DNA of 64,000 nucleotides from Pseudomonadota bacterium (GTDB lineage Bacteria; Desulfobacterota; Desulfobulbia; Desulfobulbales; JAGXFP01): NCBI GenBank assembly GCA_018823285.1, contig JAHJIQ010000063.1, positions 399 to 64,398 of the forward strand, read 5' to 3'. Shown piece by piece: positions 1 to 10,098 of this stretch (position 1 is its first letter; each line of letters starts with the position of its first letter). The notes under the pieces were generated by a model. It saw only the letters and a program-made list of their open reading frames with translations, ran no database searches and was not told where the DNA came from. The position numbers and the translations under genes were made by a program.

Positions 1-1
1 T

Positions 2-1123
2 GTTGGCGGAGAACAAATTACAACTCTACCCCATATAATATCTAAAGACATTGATGTTGGAGTAAGGGGAGAAGGTGAACACACCTTCCTTAAGCTACTT
101 CAGATTTATGATAATGGATGGGATAAAAATAAGTTAAGGAACATCAATGGACTCGTCTTTTATGATGATGGGAAACTGGTCCTGACGGGATATGCTCAAC
201 CTTTGCTTGATCTTGATGACTTGCCTATACCAGATTTGCTTTATGGGAATAAGTCAAGTGATATTCTATGTCTTATGTCTTCAAGAGGCTGCCCCTATCG
301 TTGTGCATATTGTGCAACGGGATATCACAATAATGTCCATTGGATGTCTCCTGCAAAAGTAATTGAGACAATAGAGTTCCATCTTGATAAGTATCCACAT
401 ATCAAGCGAGTTAAGTTCTGGGATGATTTGTTTACGGTGAAATTTGAGCGAGTGGAAGAAATTGCGAACCTTATGCAAGCTAAAGGGCTTACAGAAAGAG
501 TGGTTGTAACTATATGCACACGTTCAGACCATATAAATGAATCGCTTTTGAAAGTATTGAAAAAAATGAACTGTACTCATGTAAGTATGGGATTGGAGTC
601 CGGGTGCGATAAGACACTTAAATATATAAATAAAATGACTACCGTCGAGAAAAATCGCCGTGCCGTCGAGCTACTTGACAAACATGGTTTTGACAGTGAA
701 GCTAGTTTCATAATAGGATTTCCGGAAGAGACAACAGAGAATATCAGACAAACATATGATTTTGTTAAAAGTTCACCTATTAAAAAAATTCAGGTTTTCT
801 TGCCGATGCCGTATCCTGGGACCAAAATTTGGGAGTTTGCCATGGAAAAGGGTCTTGTCTCTGAGAATATGGACTGGGAGCGCCTGGACCTCATTGCAAC
901 CATGAATCAACCCAAACAGGTCCTTGACGAATTTATTGTTATTGCCCAACGAGTTTCACGTGAGGAACTTTGTCGATGGATGTTGAAATTTCGGAGATTG
1001 AGACTTAAGAAAAGCGCCGTTTATGCCTTGCAACTTCTTTTCCGAGACCCGCGGTTGATTTTCCATAGACTCAGGAGAGATCTGGTGTTTTTCTTACGAA
1101 AAGTTGTCTTTAAACCGGATTAA
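2..1123 (+). CDS. B12-binding-domain radical SAM protein (class B-like), 5'-truncated by the window edge
   Basis: Frame is open from base 2 (VGGEQIT...VRGEGEHTF, cobalamin-binding-domain motifs), so the track start at 203 is internal. SSRGCPYRCAYC gives the CxxxCxxC motif; FWDDLF, GLESG and FIIGFPEET are radical SAM core motifs. Confidence 0.85.
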   Translation, partial: VGGEQITTLPHIISKDIDVGVRGEGEHTFLKLLQIYDNGWDKNKLRNINGLVFYDDGKLVLTGYAQPLLDLDDLPIPDLLYGNKSSDILCLMSSRGCPYRCAYCATGYHNNVHWMSPAKVIETIEFHLDKYPHIKRVKFWDDLFTVKFERVEEIANLMQAKGLTERVVVTICTRSDHINESLLKVLKKMNCTHVSMGLESGCDKTLKYINKMTTVEKNRRAVELLDKHGFDSEASFIIGFPEETTENIRQTYDFVKSSPIKKIQVFLPMPYPGTKIWEFAMEKGLVSENMDWERLDLIATMNQPKQVLDEFIVIAQRVSREELCRWMLKFRRLRLKKSAVYALQLLFRDPRLIFHRLRRDLVFFLRKVVFKPD

Positions 1124-2318
1124 TTGGTTCTTTTTTCTCTACAGAAAGTGTCTGAATAAACATTTCAGTGAATTTCCTCCAGGTATACTTGGAAGAGATT
1201 TTTTTTGATTCTTCGCTCATTTGCTGCATAACGGTTTTGTTCCCAAGATGGTTGCTGATTGATTTTGCAATACCAGAATTATCCATTTTTGGATCAAGCA
1301 GATAACCGTTTTTTCCGGGACATATTATATCAGTGGGTCCTCCTCCAGAGAAAGCCATGACTGGTAACCCGACACTGTTAGCTTCAACAATTGCAAGTCC
1401 GAAAGAGGCGTTTTTCTCCATTAAAACCATGAGATCGGCGTGTGTGCAGTAGCTGTATACTTTTTCGGATTCAACATAACCACAGAAGATAATCTCCTCT
1501 TTCAGGTGCAAATCAGTCACCTGTTTTTTAAGTGATGACAAGCAAGGACCATCTCCAACTACCAGTAATCTGATTACAGGGTGGTTTTTTTTCAGAATTG
1601 CTACAATGTCAATCAATCTGTCGACATGCTTCCAAGTAACCAATTTGCCGACACAAATCAGGGTTTTGCCTTTTCCTTCTTTCAGGCGTAAAGAGATTTC
1701 TGATGGGAGTCTAACCAGTGTGGTCGGTGCAGTAACGCCGGGGGGGATGACTTTCACATCAACAATTCCGTAAATATCCTCGATCCATTGTTTGTAACCT
1801 TTCGAAAATGTTGCAACGTAGTCAGCTTTTCTTACTGCAGCTCTGTCGAACGGTCGATACACAGTTTTGAATATAGGTACAAAAAATCCTAATAAACCTC
1901 CTGATATAGCGGTTTCTTTGGTTGTGTCATAGGCGAATCTGGGTGGTTGGAAACAAAAATACAATGTGGGTTTTGTTCGTAAGAATGATTTATAGAAGAA
2001 CAGACCAGGAATAACTCCTTCTGTATGAAAACAGACGGCATCAGTATTTCTTTCAATAAAAAAAATAAGTAATACAGAGGAAAGCAAATCAACAAAACCG
2101 CTCAAAAGGACATTATTGTATTCCTTTCTGAGGAATGCCGGAAGCGTGCGCAGCTTTATTTTGTTGTCTAGGCATTCCTGCATGTTTTCAGGGATATTGC
2201 AGGTTAGGACTGTGTTGTCAATACCGATTTGGGAAAGTTCCCGAAAGAGATTTAATAAGACCGGCTCTCCACCTCCATGAAAAGTTTTGAAGCGGGGACA
2301 TATATGGGTTATGTGCAT
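1110..2318 (-). CDS. GT4 family glycosyltransferase
   Basis: N-terminal HGGGE, GDGP, and C-terminal ASFGLAIVEANSVGLPV (E-x7-E-like GT-B motif; the first Glu appears replaced). Confidence 0.9.
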   Translation of the reverse strand: MHITHICPRFKTFHGGGEPVLLNLFRELSQIGIDNTVLTCNIPENMQECLDNKIKLRTLPAFLRKEYNNVLLSGFVDLLSSVLLIFFIERNTDAVCFHTEGVIPGLFFYKSFLRTKPTLYFCFQPPRFAYDTTKETAISGGLLGFFVPIFKTVYRPFDRAAVRKADYVATFSKGYKQWIEDIYGIVDVKVIPPGVTAPTTLVRLPSEISLRLKEGKGKTLICVGKLVTWKHVDRLIDIVAILKKNHPVIRLLVVGDGPCLSSLKKQVTDLHLKEEIIFCGYVESEKVYSYCTHADLMVLMEKNASFGLAIVEANSVGLPVMAFSGGGPTDIICPGKNGYLLDPKMDNSGIAKSISNHLGNKTVMQQMSEESKKISSKYTWRKFTEMFIQTLSVEKKEPINPV

Positions 2319-2336
2319 AATATATTGTCTTTGTGG

Positions 2337-3362
2337 CTACTGGAATATATCCATATTGTCGTTAATCCACTCCACAAGCATTTTAATACCTTCGTGTGGT
2401 TTAGTTTCGGCCTTCCATCCAAGAAGTTTTTCAGCTTTGTGACAGTCAGAAATCCAGTAATAAAGGTCACCCCAGCGTTCACCTCCGAAGTGATATTCGA
2501 TTTCTCTCCCTAACAGCTCCTCCAGATAACTAAGGCACTCAATGAGAGAAATAGCCGTCTTTTCACCCCCACCGATGTTGTAGATACCCGGCACCTGTTT
2601 TTCATAAAATGCATGAAACGCTTTACAGAGATCAGTTGCATAAAGAATATCACGGACTTGTTTTCCTGTGTTGAAGATAGTAATCGGTCTGTTGGCGAGA
2701 GCTCTGATGGAGAAGTTGGCCACCCATCCGTGATCTTCTCCACCGAATTGGCGAGTACCATATAAACCCGTTAGTCTGAAACTGGCGGCTTTTACCTTGT
2801 ATGTATCTATAAAAGTGCGGACATAACATTCAGCAGAGAATTTAGATGCGTGGAGGGGGGTTAAGTTTCCGGTGAGGACAGTTGCAGTTTCGTCAATTGA
2901 TGCAGGATTCCTGATGTATCTTGTCTCAGCTTCGCTCAGTGTGCTATTGATATCAGTGCCATAAACATGAATTGAAGCACATGAAACGATAGGTATGTTG
3001 TGGTTTCTTGCAGCTTCAAGAACGTTGTAAGTGCCGACAACATTGCATGTGAGGTCAAGATATGGATCTGCGGTGGATAGAGTCATTGCAGGCTGGGCTG
3101 CGGTATGAACGATATAATCACAGCCTGAAGAAGCATTCAGGACTTCATCAATATTTCTTATATCGGCTTTAACGTTTTTGACGCCCATGTCTTCCAGGAA
3201 ATTCCAATTGAAATTACGGGCTTTTTCGGCATCATATCCTGTTTTTTCAAGTTCATATTTCGTCATGTTGTCGATAGAAACAACATCCCATCCTATATTT
3301 CTGTAGAATTCACAGACATGTGAGCCTATAAAACCACACCCTCCTGTGACAAGAACTTTCAT
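2337..3362 (-). CDS. NAD-dependent epimerase/dehydratase (extended SDR), CDP-paratose 2-epimerase-like
   Basis: TGGCGFIG Rossmann motif, HTAAQPAM and YGTRQFGGEDHGWV resemble RfbE. The catalytic YxxxK motif reads LHASK. Confidence 0.85.
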   Translation of the reverse strand: MKVLVTGGCGFIGSHVCEFYRNIGWDVVSIDNMTKYELEKTGYDAEKARNFNWNFLEDMGVKNVKADIRNIDEVLNASSGCDYIVHTAAQPAMTLSTADPYLDLTCNVVGTYNVLEAARNHNIPIVSCASIHVYGTDINSTLSEAETRYIRNPASIDETATVLTGNLTPLHASKFSAECYVRTFIDTYKVKAASFRLTGLYGTRQFGGEDHGWVANFSIRALANRPITIFNTGKQVRDILYATDLCKAFHAFYEKQVPGIYNIGGGEKTAISLIECLSYLEELLGREIEYHFGGERWGDLYYWISDCHKAEKLLGWKAETKPHEGIKMLVEWINDNMDIFQ

Positions 3363-3376
3363 AACACTACCTCTTC

Positions 3377-4111
3377 CTAGAGTTTTTTGAACATCATCTC
3401 GGCCGAAGCAATATCTTCTTCGGTATTAATATTTATATAACCTTTACCAATATTGAAAGATTTAACCATGTTCCCTTCATCAATTGAGCACTGGATCATG
3501 TCTACCAACTCTTTTTCACCTCTTATCTGGTTGATAGGGGTGTGAGAAATAAACTCAAAAATGTCATTCCTGAAGATGCAATTACCTGTACCCATAATGT
3601 CATTAAGAGGGTTCCTGGGTTTTTCGATCAGTCTGTATACAAATGAATTTTGGTCCTGAATGATTGCATATGTTTTAGAAATGTTTTGCCTGTTGGTCGC
3701 CTTAACAACTCCACATACCACAAATATTTCAGGATTATTGAAGAGTGTCATCATTTCCCGGTGACGAGGGTTGATAAGAATTTCGTCTCCAAGAAATGTC
3801 ATGAAATCACTTCCGTCGAGGGCTTCACGTGAGCAGTCGATTGCGTCGACCAGACCTTTTTGTTCTGATTGGATAACATATCTGATTTTTGTGTTTTTAA
3901 ATGAATTTCCGAAATGATTGATAATATCTTCGGCTCTGTAGCCGACTACTATAACAATTTCTTTAACCCCTGCTCGAATGGCATTAGAGAGGCTATATGA
4001 TATAAGTGGTTGACTATCGAAGAGCAACATACATTTATTGGTTTTTGCGGAGATACCTTCCAGCCTTTTGCCTCGGCCACCGGCAAGAACAAGTGCTTTG
4101 ATCCCTGACAT
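3377..4111 (-). CDS. Sugar-1-phosphate nucleotidyltransferase
   Basis: LAGGRGKRL, QSEQKGLVDA, LIEKP and NINT motifs of the NTP_transferase family. Confidence 0.9.
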   Translation of the reverse strand: MSGIKALVLAGGRGKRLEGISAKTNKCMLLFDSQPLISYSLSNAIRAGVKEIVIVVGYRAEDIINHFGNSFKNTKIRYVIQSEQKGLVDAIDCSREALDGSDFMTFLGDEILINPRHREMMTLFNNPEIFVVCGVVKATNRQNISKTYAIIQDQNSFVYRLIEKPRNPLNDIMGTGNCIFRNDIFEFISHTPINQIRGEKELVDMIQCSIDEGNMVKSFNIGKGYININTEEDIASAEMMFKKL

Positions 4112-4164
4112 TTTGTCTCCAAGCGGAACAGATAGGATTTATGATATGCCATGTGATAAGAGCG

Positions 4165-4761
4165 TTATAGTACATGGCGCCAGGAGCCAAGATCGTCAGA
4201 ATGTTTGATAGGCTCTTCAGTATATTTATCTGATAATTGGCAATGACTCATTATATCCTGATAACTTTTTTCAGGAAAAGATTTTATTATATGATTGATC
4301 CAAGTATTACGCCAATTAAGCATGAACTCATTCTGTTGCCCTCTGGCTGTTGCTTTTAAATATTTACAGTAGCGAATTAAATCTCCAAGAAGAGATCTGA
4401 TACGCATAAATCGATATTTTCTATATGTTGCAACTTGGTCGCAAATCAGATGTAACCAGATTCCGGCCCCGATAAACCACCATATTCCGCTAAAATGAAT
4501 AGCCGCTAACAAACTCAATATAGCCGTGTCATAATTGTGAAAAAGGTGAATCCTGGGGCCGAAATATTCCCAATTGCTATGCTCTTTCATAAAGACATTA
4601 GGATTAAGAAGTATCCGTTTTTCGTGGATCATATAAAAGAAATAGTGGTCTGCATCAATCAACACGGATGTGATGATCAGAACAACAGACTTTGGAGAGG
4701 AGCAAATCGTAGCTGGGATTGATGCCACAGCACCAACATATAAATGCTCTTTGACCGTCAT
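4165..4761 (-). CDS. Membrane protein with metal-binding H/D motifs (YdjM/DUF457 hydrolase-like)
   Basis: Hydrophobic segments with EH, DADH, HLFH and HLICD; co-oriented within the glycan operon. Confidence 0.55.
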   Translation of the reverse strand: MTVKEHLYVGAVASIPATICSSPKSVVLIITSVLIDADHYFFYMIHEKRILLNPNVFMKEHSNWEYFGPRIHLFHNYDTAILSLLAAIHFSGIWWFIGAGIWLHLICDQVATYRKYRFMRIRSLLGDLIRYCKYLKATARGQQNEFMLNWRNTWINHIIKSFPEKSYQDIMSHCQLSDKYTEEPIKHSDDLGSWRHVL

Positions 4762-4792
4762 GCGCTATACGTCGGGAAATTCAAAAGGGTAA

Positions 4793-6172
4793 TTATTGAT
4801 CCAACTCTTGGATAACATCTTCATATCGCCATTTCATGTTGTCTCCCATATAGTGACTGTAAAATTCTTTCAAGTTGAAAACTTCGCCCGTATGAGTATT
4901 CATGATTCCGTATTTTTTTTCGCGTGGTAGGGTGTTGAAGACACGACATCCTGCACACTGAATAGGGATAGGTTGGTCTGGTTTGTTGATTATATTCCTA
5001 AGTGTTTTATATGGTTTACTTCTCCAATGGGTCTTGAAATCATTTTCGAATAAATCTCCCAATGAATATTTTTTTATGAATTCACGATTGTTTGAAATGA
5101 AAACCGCACAGCATTGAGAAATAAGACCTGGCATAAAGATGTATGGTTCCATCCATGCTATGCAGCAAGAAGGATCTGGTAACTCATCTCTGACATTTGT
5201 ACCGGTGAAATTTATAAAAAGATCGTGTTTACTTGCACGTTCATTGGCATCATCGATGATTTCTTGGGGGATGTCATCAAGCTGCATATGAAGTATCTGT
5301 TGGAATGCCAACATGCGGGTAACCCCAATGCGCGATCCGGCACCAAAATCAGCTCTTTTCCCAAGGCTGGCGATGAAGTCGACATAGTCAGGAATTTCAT
5401 GAACATTCTTTTTCATTGCGATGAAAGTGAAAGTGATTTCAGGGATAGGAGTGTTCTTTTCTTTCTTCGCAGCAATTAATTTACGGATATTTTTTTGAAC
5501 ATTATCAAAGTCGCATCCGACTTTAAGTTTTTCATATGTGCTTTTTGTCGCACCATCCAATGAAATAATTATTCCATCCATATCATTATCAATAACTGCC
5601 TCGACGGTTTCATCTGTCCAGTCACTGAGGTGGTCGACCATGTAGCACATGATTTCCTTTTCTTTTACATATTTGATGAAACTAAGCATGTCTGGATGCT
5701 CAAATGAACTCCCTTCTCCAACTAGGCTTATCCAACGTAGACCAGGGAATTGTTCAATGATGAATTTTACTTCTTTATAAGTAAGCTGTTTTTGTACCTG
5801 GGCTTCGGGTTTCCACCAAGTATGTTCACAATGTAGACATTTCTTGCTGCATTCAGTGCTGATCTCCAGTTCTATTTGGCGAGGGAAATGATACAATGAC
5901 GGGAAACGACGAATAATCGGTCCTGCAATAAACCAGAAGACCCCTGCCCCACCAGGTCCTACTGGTGTGAATAATTTAACCGCCAGGAATATCCACGCAG
6001 CTTTGAGACCTCGTTTACGGAGAAGATAAAAAAATGTCTTTGAGTAACTGATGCCGATGACGAACAGCATTCTCCACATTCTTCCCATGCCGCCTTTTTG
6101 AGCAACATGGTACAAAGGGGCAGGTAAGAATGTTCTTAGAAAGCTTTTTTGGGGAAGGATAGGGTCTGTCAT
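4793..6172 (-). CDS. Radical SAM/SPASM(Twitch) domain protein with an N-terminal hydrophobic segment
   Basis: CSKKCLHC motif, GEGSSFEHP and ISLDGA; C-terminal CCIAW...SQCC...CAGC cysteines. Confidence 0.85.
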   Translation of the reverse strand: MTDPILPQKSFLRTFLPAPLYHVAQKGGMGRMWRMLFVIGISYSKTFFYLLRKRGLKAAWIFLAVKLFTPVGPGGAGVFWFIAGPIIRRFPSLYHFPRQIELEISTECSKKCLHCEHTWWKPEAQVQKQLTYKEVKFIIEQFPGLRWISLVGEGSSFEHPDMLSFIKYVKEKEIMCYMVDHLSDWTDETVEAVIDNDMDGIIISLDGATKSTYEKLKVGCDFDNVQKNIRKLIAAKKEKNTPIPEITFTFIAMKKNVHEIPDYVDFIASLGKRADFGAGSRIGVTRMLAFQQILHMQLDDIPQEIIDDANERASKHDLFINFTGTNVRDELPDPSCCIAWMEPYIFMPGLISQCCAVFISNNREFIKKYSLGDLFENDFKTHWRSKPYKTLRNIINKPDQPIPIQCAGCRVFNTLPREKKYGIMNTHTGEVFNLKEFYSHYMGDNMKWRYEDVIQELDQ

Positions 6173-6246
6173 TATCTGATCTCACATATAAATGAATCTA
6201 GTCAAAAGAGCTTGTTGTCTATAGCAATAGAAGTCCAACTGGAAAA

Positions 6247-7014
6247 TTACTCAGGTTTAAATGCAATAATCAATATACCGGCTCCTTTTTCAGGCCTGCT
6301 ATTTCTTCCCATCCAAGAAATGAAATTGAGAAGAGGATAAATCATAGCATATACGAGCTTGTTTTTGGCCTCAGCTTTAGTAATGAGATATGAAATGTTA
6401 TTGCTGACGTTCTCGAGAAAACCGTAGGTGTAGCAGGCTTCTTTGATTTCGAGTCCGGCCTCTGATATTTTTCTGGTAATATCATTCAGTGTATAACCTG
6501 GGCGGTAATGACCAGGTACATCGAAGTTTGTCTGAAATGTGAAGATAAACCAGCGACGTTCATAAGCTGGAACATGTAGTACTAGTTCCCCCCCAGATTT
6601 TAAAGCTTTGGCCAGGGATGTCAATGCCTGGTGGTCGTCTTCTATATGTTCAATGTTGTCTACGGAAAGAACTAAATCAAATTCATCAGTAAATGATAAT
6701 GCTGATACATTCTGTTGTTCGAAATAAACATTCTTGAATTTGGCTATTTTGGCAATAACTGAATTTTTTCTTAACTGATTTTGGTCTGTGTCGATACCTC
6801 TAACTGTGGCTTCGGGAAATTTCCGGGCCATGAGGTAGGTGAACACTCCCCGACCACAGCCGGCATCAAGGATTGAGGTTGGGTTTCCAGAGATTTTAGG
6901 CATGATTCGTCTTATTCTGATCTGTAAACCGTTGATTGGTGCCCCGAAAATCCTGATATAGAGGCGTTCAAGCAACCCAATATCCGGATCATATGCCAAT
7001 TCTGAACCATGCAA
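6247..7014 (-). CDS. Class I SAM-dependent methyltransferase
   Basis: ILDAGCGRG motif I, GIDTD, FDLVLSVDNIEH and LKSGG. Confidence 0.9.
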   Translation of the reverse strand: MHGSELAYDPDIGLLERLYIRIFGAPINGLQIRIRRIMPKISGNPTSILDAGCGRGVFTYLMARKFPEATVRGIDTDQNQLRKNSVIAKIAKFKNVYFEQQNVSALSFTDEFDLVLSVDNIEHIEDDHQALTSLAKALKSGGELVLHVPAYERRWFIFTFQTNFDVPGHYRPGYTLNDITRKISEAGLEIKEACYTYGFLENVSNNISYLITKAEAKNKLVYAMIYPLLNFISWMGRNSRPEKGAGILIIAFKPE

Positions 7015-7018
7015 AATA

Positions 7019-8215
7019 TCACCCTTCTATTACTGTAGAGTTTGCCTGATAAGATGACAGCCCTCTAAACATCCAGGCGTTACACCATCGGAGAAGAGTG
7101 AATTTTTTGGTGTAGCTGGATTTCTTCTGATAATAAAAGCGTCCACTTGCATCATACATATTCTCCAGGGCCCAGGTAAGTATTTTTTCAAGTAGCTCCC
7201 GGTAGTCGTAACCGTTGGCAGTTGCCTGCGAAAAGGTGATAAGGCCCTGGGCTGAACCGTGTATGTCATGGGGGAAGTTTTTGTCACTCATCCAGCGGGG
7301 TGATCCGTCCATGTTGAAAAGTTGTTCGGCGTAAAACTTCAACCCGGTTTCGTAATTTTTCTTCCAGTTCCAGTCGTCGCTTGATTCCATATAACGCCAC
7401 AGAGCGTCGAGAATGAATCCTGTGTGGTAATTGTCGTGACCGATTAGTGAGTCTCCCGGCGGGTCGGTGTAATACCAGGCCCCATAATCGGTCTGCTTGG
7501 AAACCACAAAACCAACGAGCCTTCGGGCCTTGTCAAGAAGGGGGGCTTCCTTCGACAGTTCGGTATACTGACTCAGCACTGCGCCGACAAGAATGGAGAC
7601 ATCCATTACTTTCATAGTCATCGGCAGGGGCATATAGCCAAGACACAGAACGTCAGGAGTGTCGAGTATCACGGTCAGGTCATTCAGGAAAAAATTTATG
7701 GAACTCCGGACAGTACTCAAATAGTCTGGGTTGCCGGTAACCCGGTAAGCTTCGAGGAGCGCTTCGCATACAAAGGAGGTGACGACCGCATTGGGGGTAT
7801 GGGGGGGGGCAAAGAATCCGAGATCTTGCCAAGGGTACGGATATCCCCAACTGGTTCCAGACCATTCCGTGGATGGGCTTTGAATTCTCATGAGCAGGGA
7901 GAGAGCCTGTTCGGCTTCGTGAAGATAGGTCTCGTCCCGGCTGTGCTTAAAGCGATCCAATAACCCCAGAGTGAAAAGAGCGATACCCTTCGGGTTGATA
8001 GTCTTGGCCACTCCGAGCAGAGGTCTGATGTTTACCGGAGCCCGCATAACGGTCTGGATTGCAATGATTCGCGGCCATTTCGCCCAGCCCAATAGCAGGT
8101 TAAGCAAAGAGCTGTTCAGACCATCATGTTTGTTATAGCCTATAAACCCCTGGTTTTTGCTCCAGAGGTAAACACGGTCTAGTACCTGATTGACGTTTAG
8201 TTTTTTTTCGACCAT
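7019..8215 (-). CDS. Polysaccharide-cluster (alpha/alpha)6-toroid-like protein of unknown function
   Basis: WGYPYPWQ, GAWYY, DNYHTGFILD, HDIHGSAQG and RWCNAWM resemble a conserved family found in surface-glycan loci. Confidence 0.6.
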   Translation of the reverse strand: MVEKKLNVNQVLDRVYLWSKNQGFIGYNKHDGLNSSLLNLLLGWAKWPRIIAIQTVMRAPVNIRPLLGVAKTINPKGIALFTLGLLDRFKHSRDETYLHEAEQALSLLMRIQSPSTEWSGTSWGYPYPWQDLGFFAPPHTPNAVVTSFVCEALLEAYRVTGNPDYLSTVRSSINFFLNDLTVILDTPDVLCLGYMPLPMTMKVMDVSILVGAVLSQYTELSKEAPLLDKARRLVGFVVSKQTDYGAWYYTDPPGDSLIGHDNYHTGFILDALWRYMESSDDWNWKKNYETGLKFYAEQLFNMDGSPRWMSDKNFPHDIHGSAQGLITFSQATANGYDYRELLEKILTWALENMYDASGRFYYQKKSSYTKKFTLLRWCNAWMFRGLSSYQANSTVIEG

Positions 8216-10098
8216 TGGGGAGTTTGACTATTGTTTTGGAACACATCAATCCAGATATTGGTTCCGATCATCAGGTACAATAGGAAATAGTGCCATCGCA
8301 ATCTGGGGCTTGGTTTGGCCCGCATGATGTTATTAACAAATCGGGGGTTGAAAAGCCCTTCTTTTTCAAGCCTTTCCCTGGGAAGATATTTGTGGGCCAG
8401 AGGCTTAAGGTGACTTTCAAACAACAGGTGGACCGGAATCTGGAAACCGCTTTTGGGTCGATTAAGAACAGTTTTCGGTACCCACGCTGAGACTGTGTCT
8501 TTCATCAATTTTTTTAATTTTCCGCCTGGGATTCTGGTAGAGCTAGGTAATGCCGACAGTGCACCTGCTAGATCTTCATCCAGGAACGGCACCCGCACTT
8601 CAAGACCGAAAGCCATGCTCAGCCGGTCTTCCTGGAGAAGAAGGTCGTTGACCATTTTATGCTCCAGTTCAAAATCGGCACAATTTTTTACCTGGTCATC
8701 GCCCTCGGGCCACTTGCTCTTCAGAAAATCGAACATGTCAGGGAGATCTTGGGAGAGCATTCTCTCCCCATATATTCTTGTCCTCTCGGTTGGGGAATCC
8801 CAGACATTTCTGAGAATTCCGTAAGCACGAGAAAAATCGGGTAAGCTTTCCAGGACTTGACCGCCACGGGAAAACTCTTCAGTGCGAAGCCCAGGGTGAG
8901 AAAAAGTTTTGTGAATAGTTTTTCCTGCAACCTTGAAGAGGAAATCTGGCAGGTACTGGCGAAGCGTGGTGAGGTTGTGTAAAAATTTATGAATGTTATA
9001 GCCGAGGAAAATCTCATCGCCACCAAGACCAGATAGGGCAACTTTAACATTCTTGCTTGCCAGACGGGCTACCATTGCAGATTGATATGCATTGACTTTT
9101 GGAACTTCGAGATGCCAGATCATTCGGTGGAGATTTCCCTCCAGGTCGTCGTCAAATTCTTCCTGGATGTTAGAAACTCCAAAAATACGGGCTGTGGTAG
9201 CAGCCTGATGACCTTCAAGGGGTGAGTCGCCGGTTCTGATAGTGAACGTGGGGAATGCAATCGGGGGAGTAGCGGCACCTTTTAGTGACAAGGCCAGTAT
9301 GGTGGCTGAATCTATTCCGGCAGAAAGGTAGCTGCCAAGAGGAACATCGCAGACAAGTTGTCTCCGCACAGCTGTTTCAAGGAGTTCGCGGCACGAATCA
9401 GCCGGGATGTTTTTTGGGGTTGGTGGAGGTTCAATCGCCCATTTTTTTATGGAGAAGCCGACGGTTGTCCAGTGAAGAAAATGTCCCGGAGGCAAATGGT
9501 TTATGTCTCTGAAAAATGTCTTTTCCCCGGGAATATAGCGGAAATTCATTAGCATGTGCAGAGATTTGAGATCAAGATCAGGGGTAGTATTCAAGGCTCC
9601 AACAATAGCTTTGATTTCTGATGCGAAAAAAAACCGGTTGTTTTGTAATCCATAGTAAAGCGGTTTGATACCATACCGGTCACGGATCAAGAAACCTTCT
9701 TTGTCGTGGTTGTCCCAGACTGCCAGGGAGAACATTCCCCGGAAAACTTTTACAGCTTGAATTCCGTCCAGAGCAAAGGCATTCAAAACGACTTCGGTGT
9801 CGGAGTTTGTTTTGAATTTTACCCCCCTATTCTGGAGTGTTTTCCTGATTTCCCGATAATTATAAAGTTCTCCGTTGTATGACATCCAATATCGCTCGTC
9901 TGTGGTAGCCATGGGTTGCCGGCCGCCGTCGATATCTATTATTGCTAGGCGGACATGACCCAAACCGGCACCATCAAAGATTTTCAGGTCACGTCCATCT
10001 GGGCCGCGATGGGCGATCATGTTCAGCATGCTGTTGATCAACCTGTCAGGAGGGGCATCAACTGCGGCATTGCCGAAATATCCGCAAAGGCCACACAT
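8197..10098 (-). CDS. asnB: Asparagine synthase (glutamine-hydrolysing)-family amidotransferase
   Basis: MCGLCG Ntn start, HRGPDG, YNGELYNY, RDRYGIKPLY, LSAGIDS, LSGLGGDE and EVRVPFLD. Confidence 0.95.
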   Translation of the reverse strand: MCGLCGYFGNAAVDAPPDRLINSMLNMIAHRGPDGRDLKIFDGAGLGHVRLAIIDIDGGRQPMATTDERYWMSYNGELYNYREIRKTLQNRGVKFKTNSDTEVVLNAFALDGIQAVKVFRGMFSLAVWDNHDKEGFLIRDRYGIKPLYYGLQNNRFFFASEIKAIVGALNTTPDLDLKSLHMLMNFRYIPGEKTFFRDINHLPPGHFLHWTTVGFSIKKWAIEPPPTPKNIPADSCRELLETAVRRQLVCDVPLGSYLSAGIDSATILALSLKGAATPPIAFPTFTIRTGDSPLEGHQAATTARIFGVSNIQEEFDDDLEGNLHRMIWHLEVPKVNAYQSAMVARLASKNVKVALSGLGGDEIFLGYNIHKFLHNLTTLRQYLPDFLFKVAGKTIHKTFSHPGLRTEEFSRGGQVLESLPDFSRAYGILRNVWDSPTERTRIYGERMLSQDLPDMFDFLKSKWPEGDDQVKNCADFELEHKMVNDLLLQEDRLSMAFGLEVRVPFLDEDLAGALSALPSSTRIPGGKLKKLMKDTVSAWVPKTVLNRPKSGFQIPVHLLFESHLKPLAHKYLPRERLEKEGLFNPRFVNNIMRAKPSPRLRWHYFLLYLMIGTNIWIDVFQNNSQTPQWSKKN

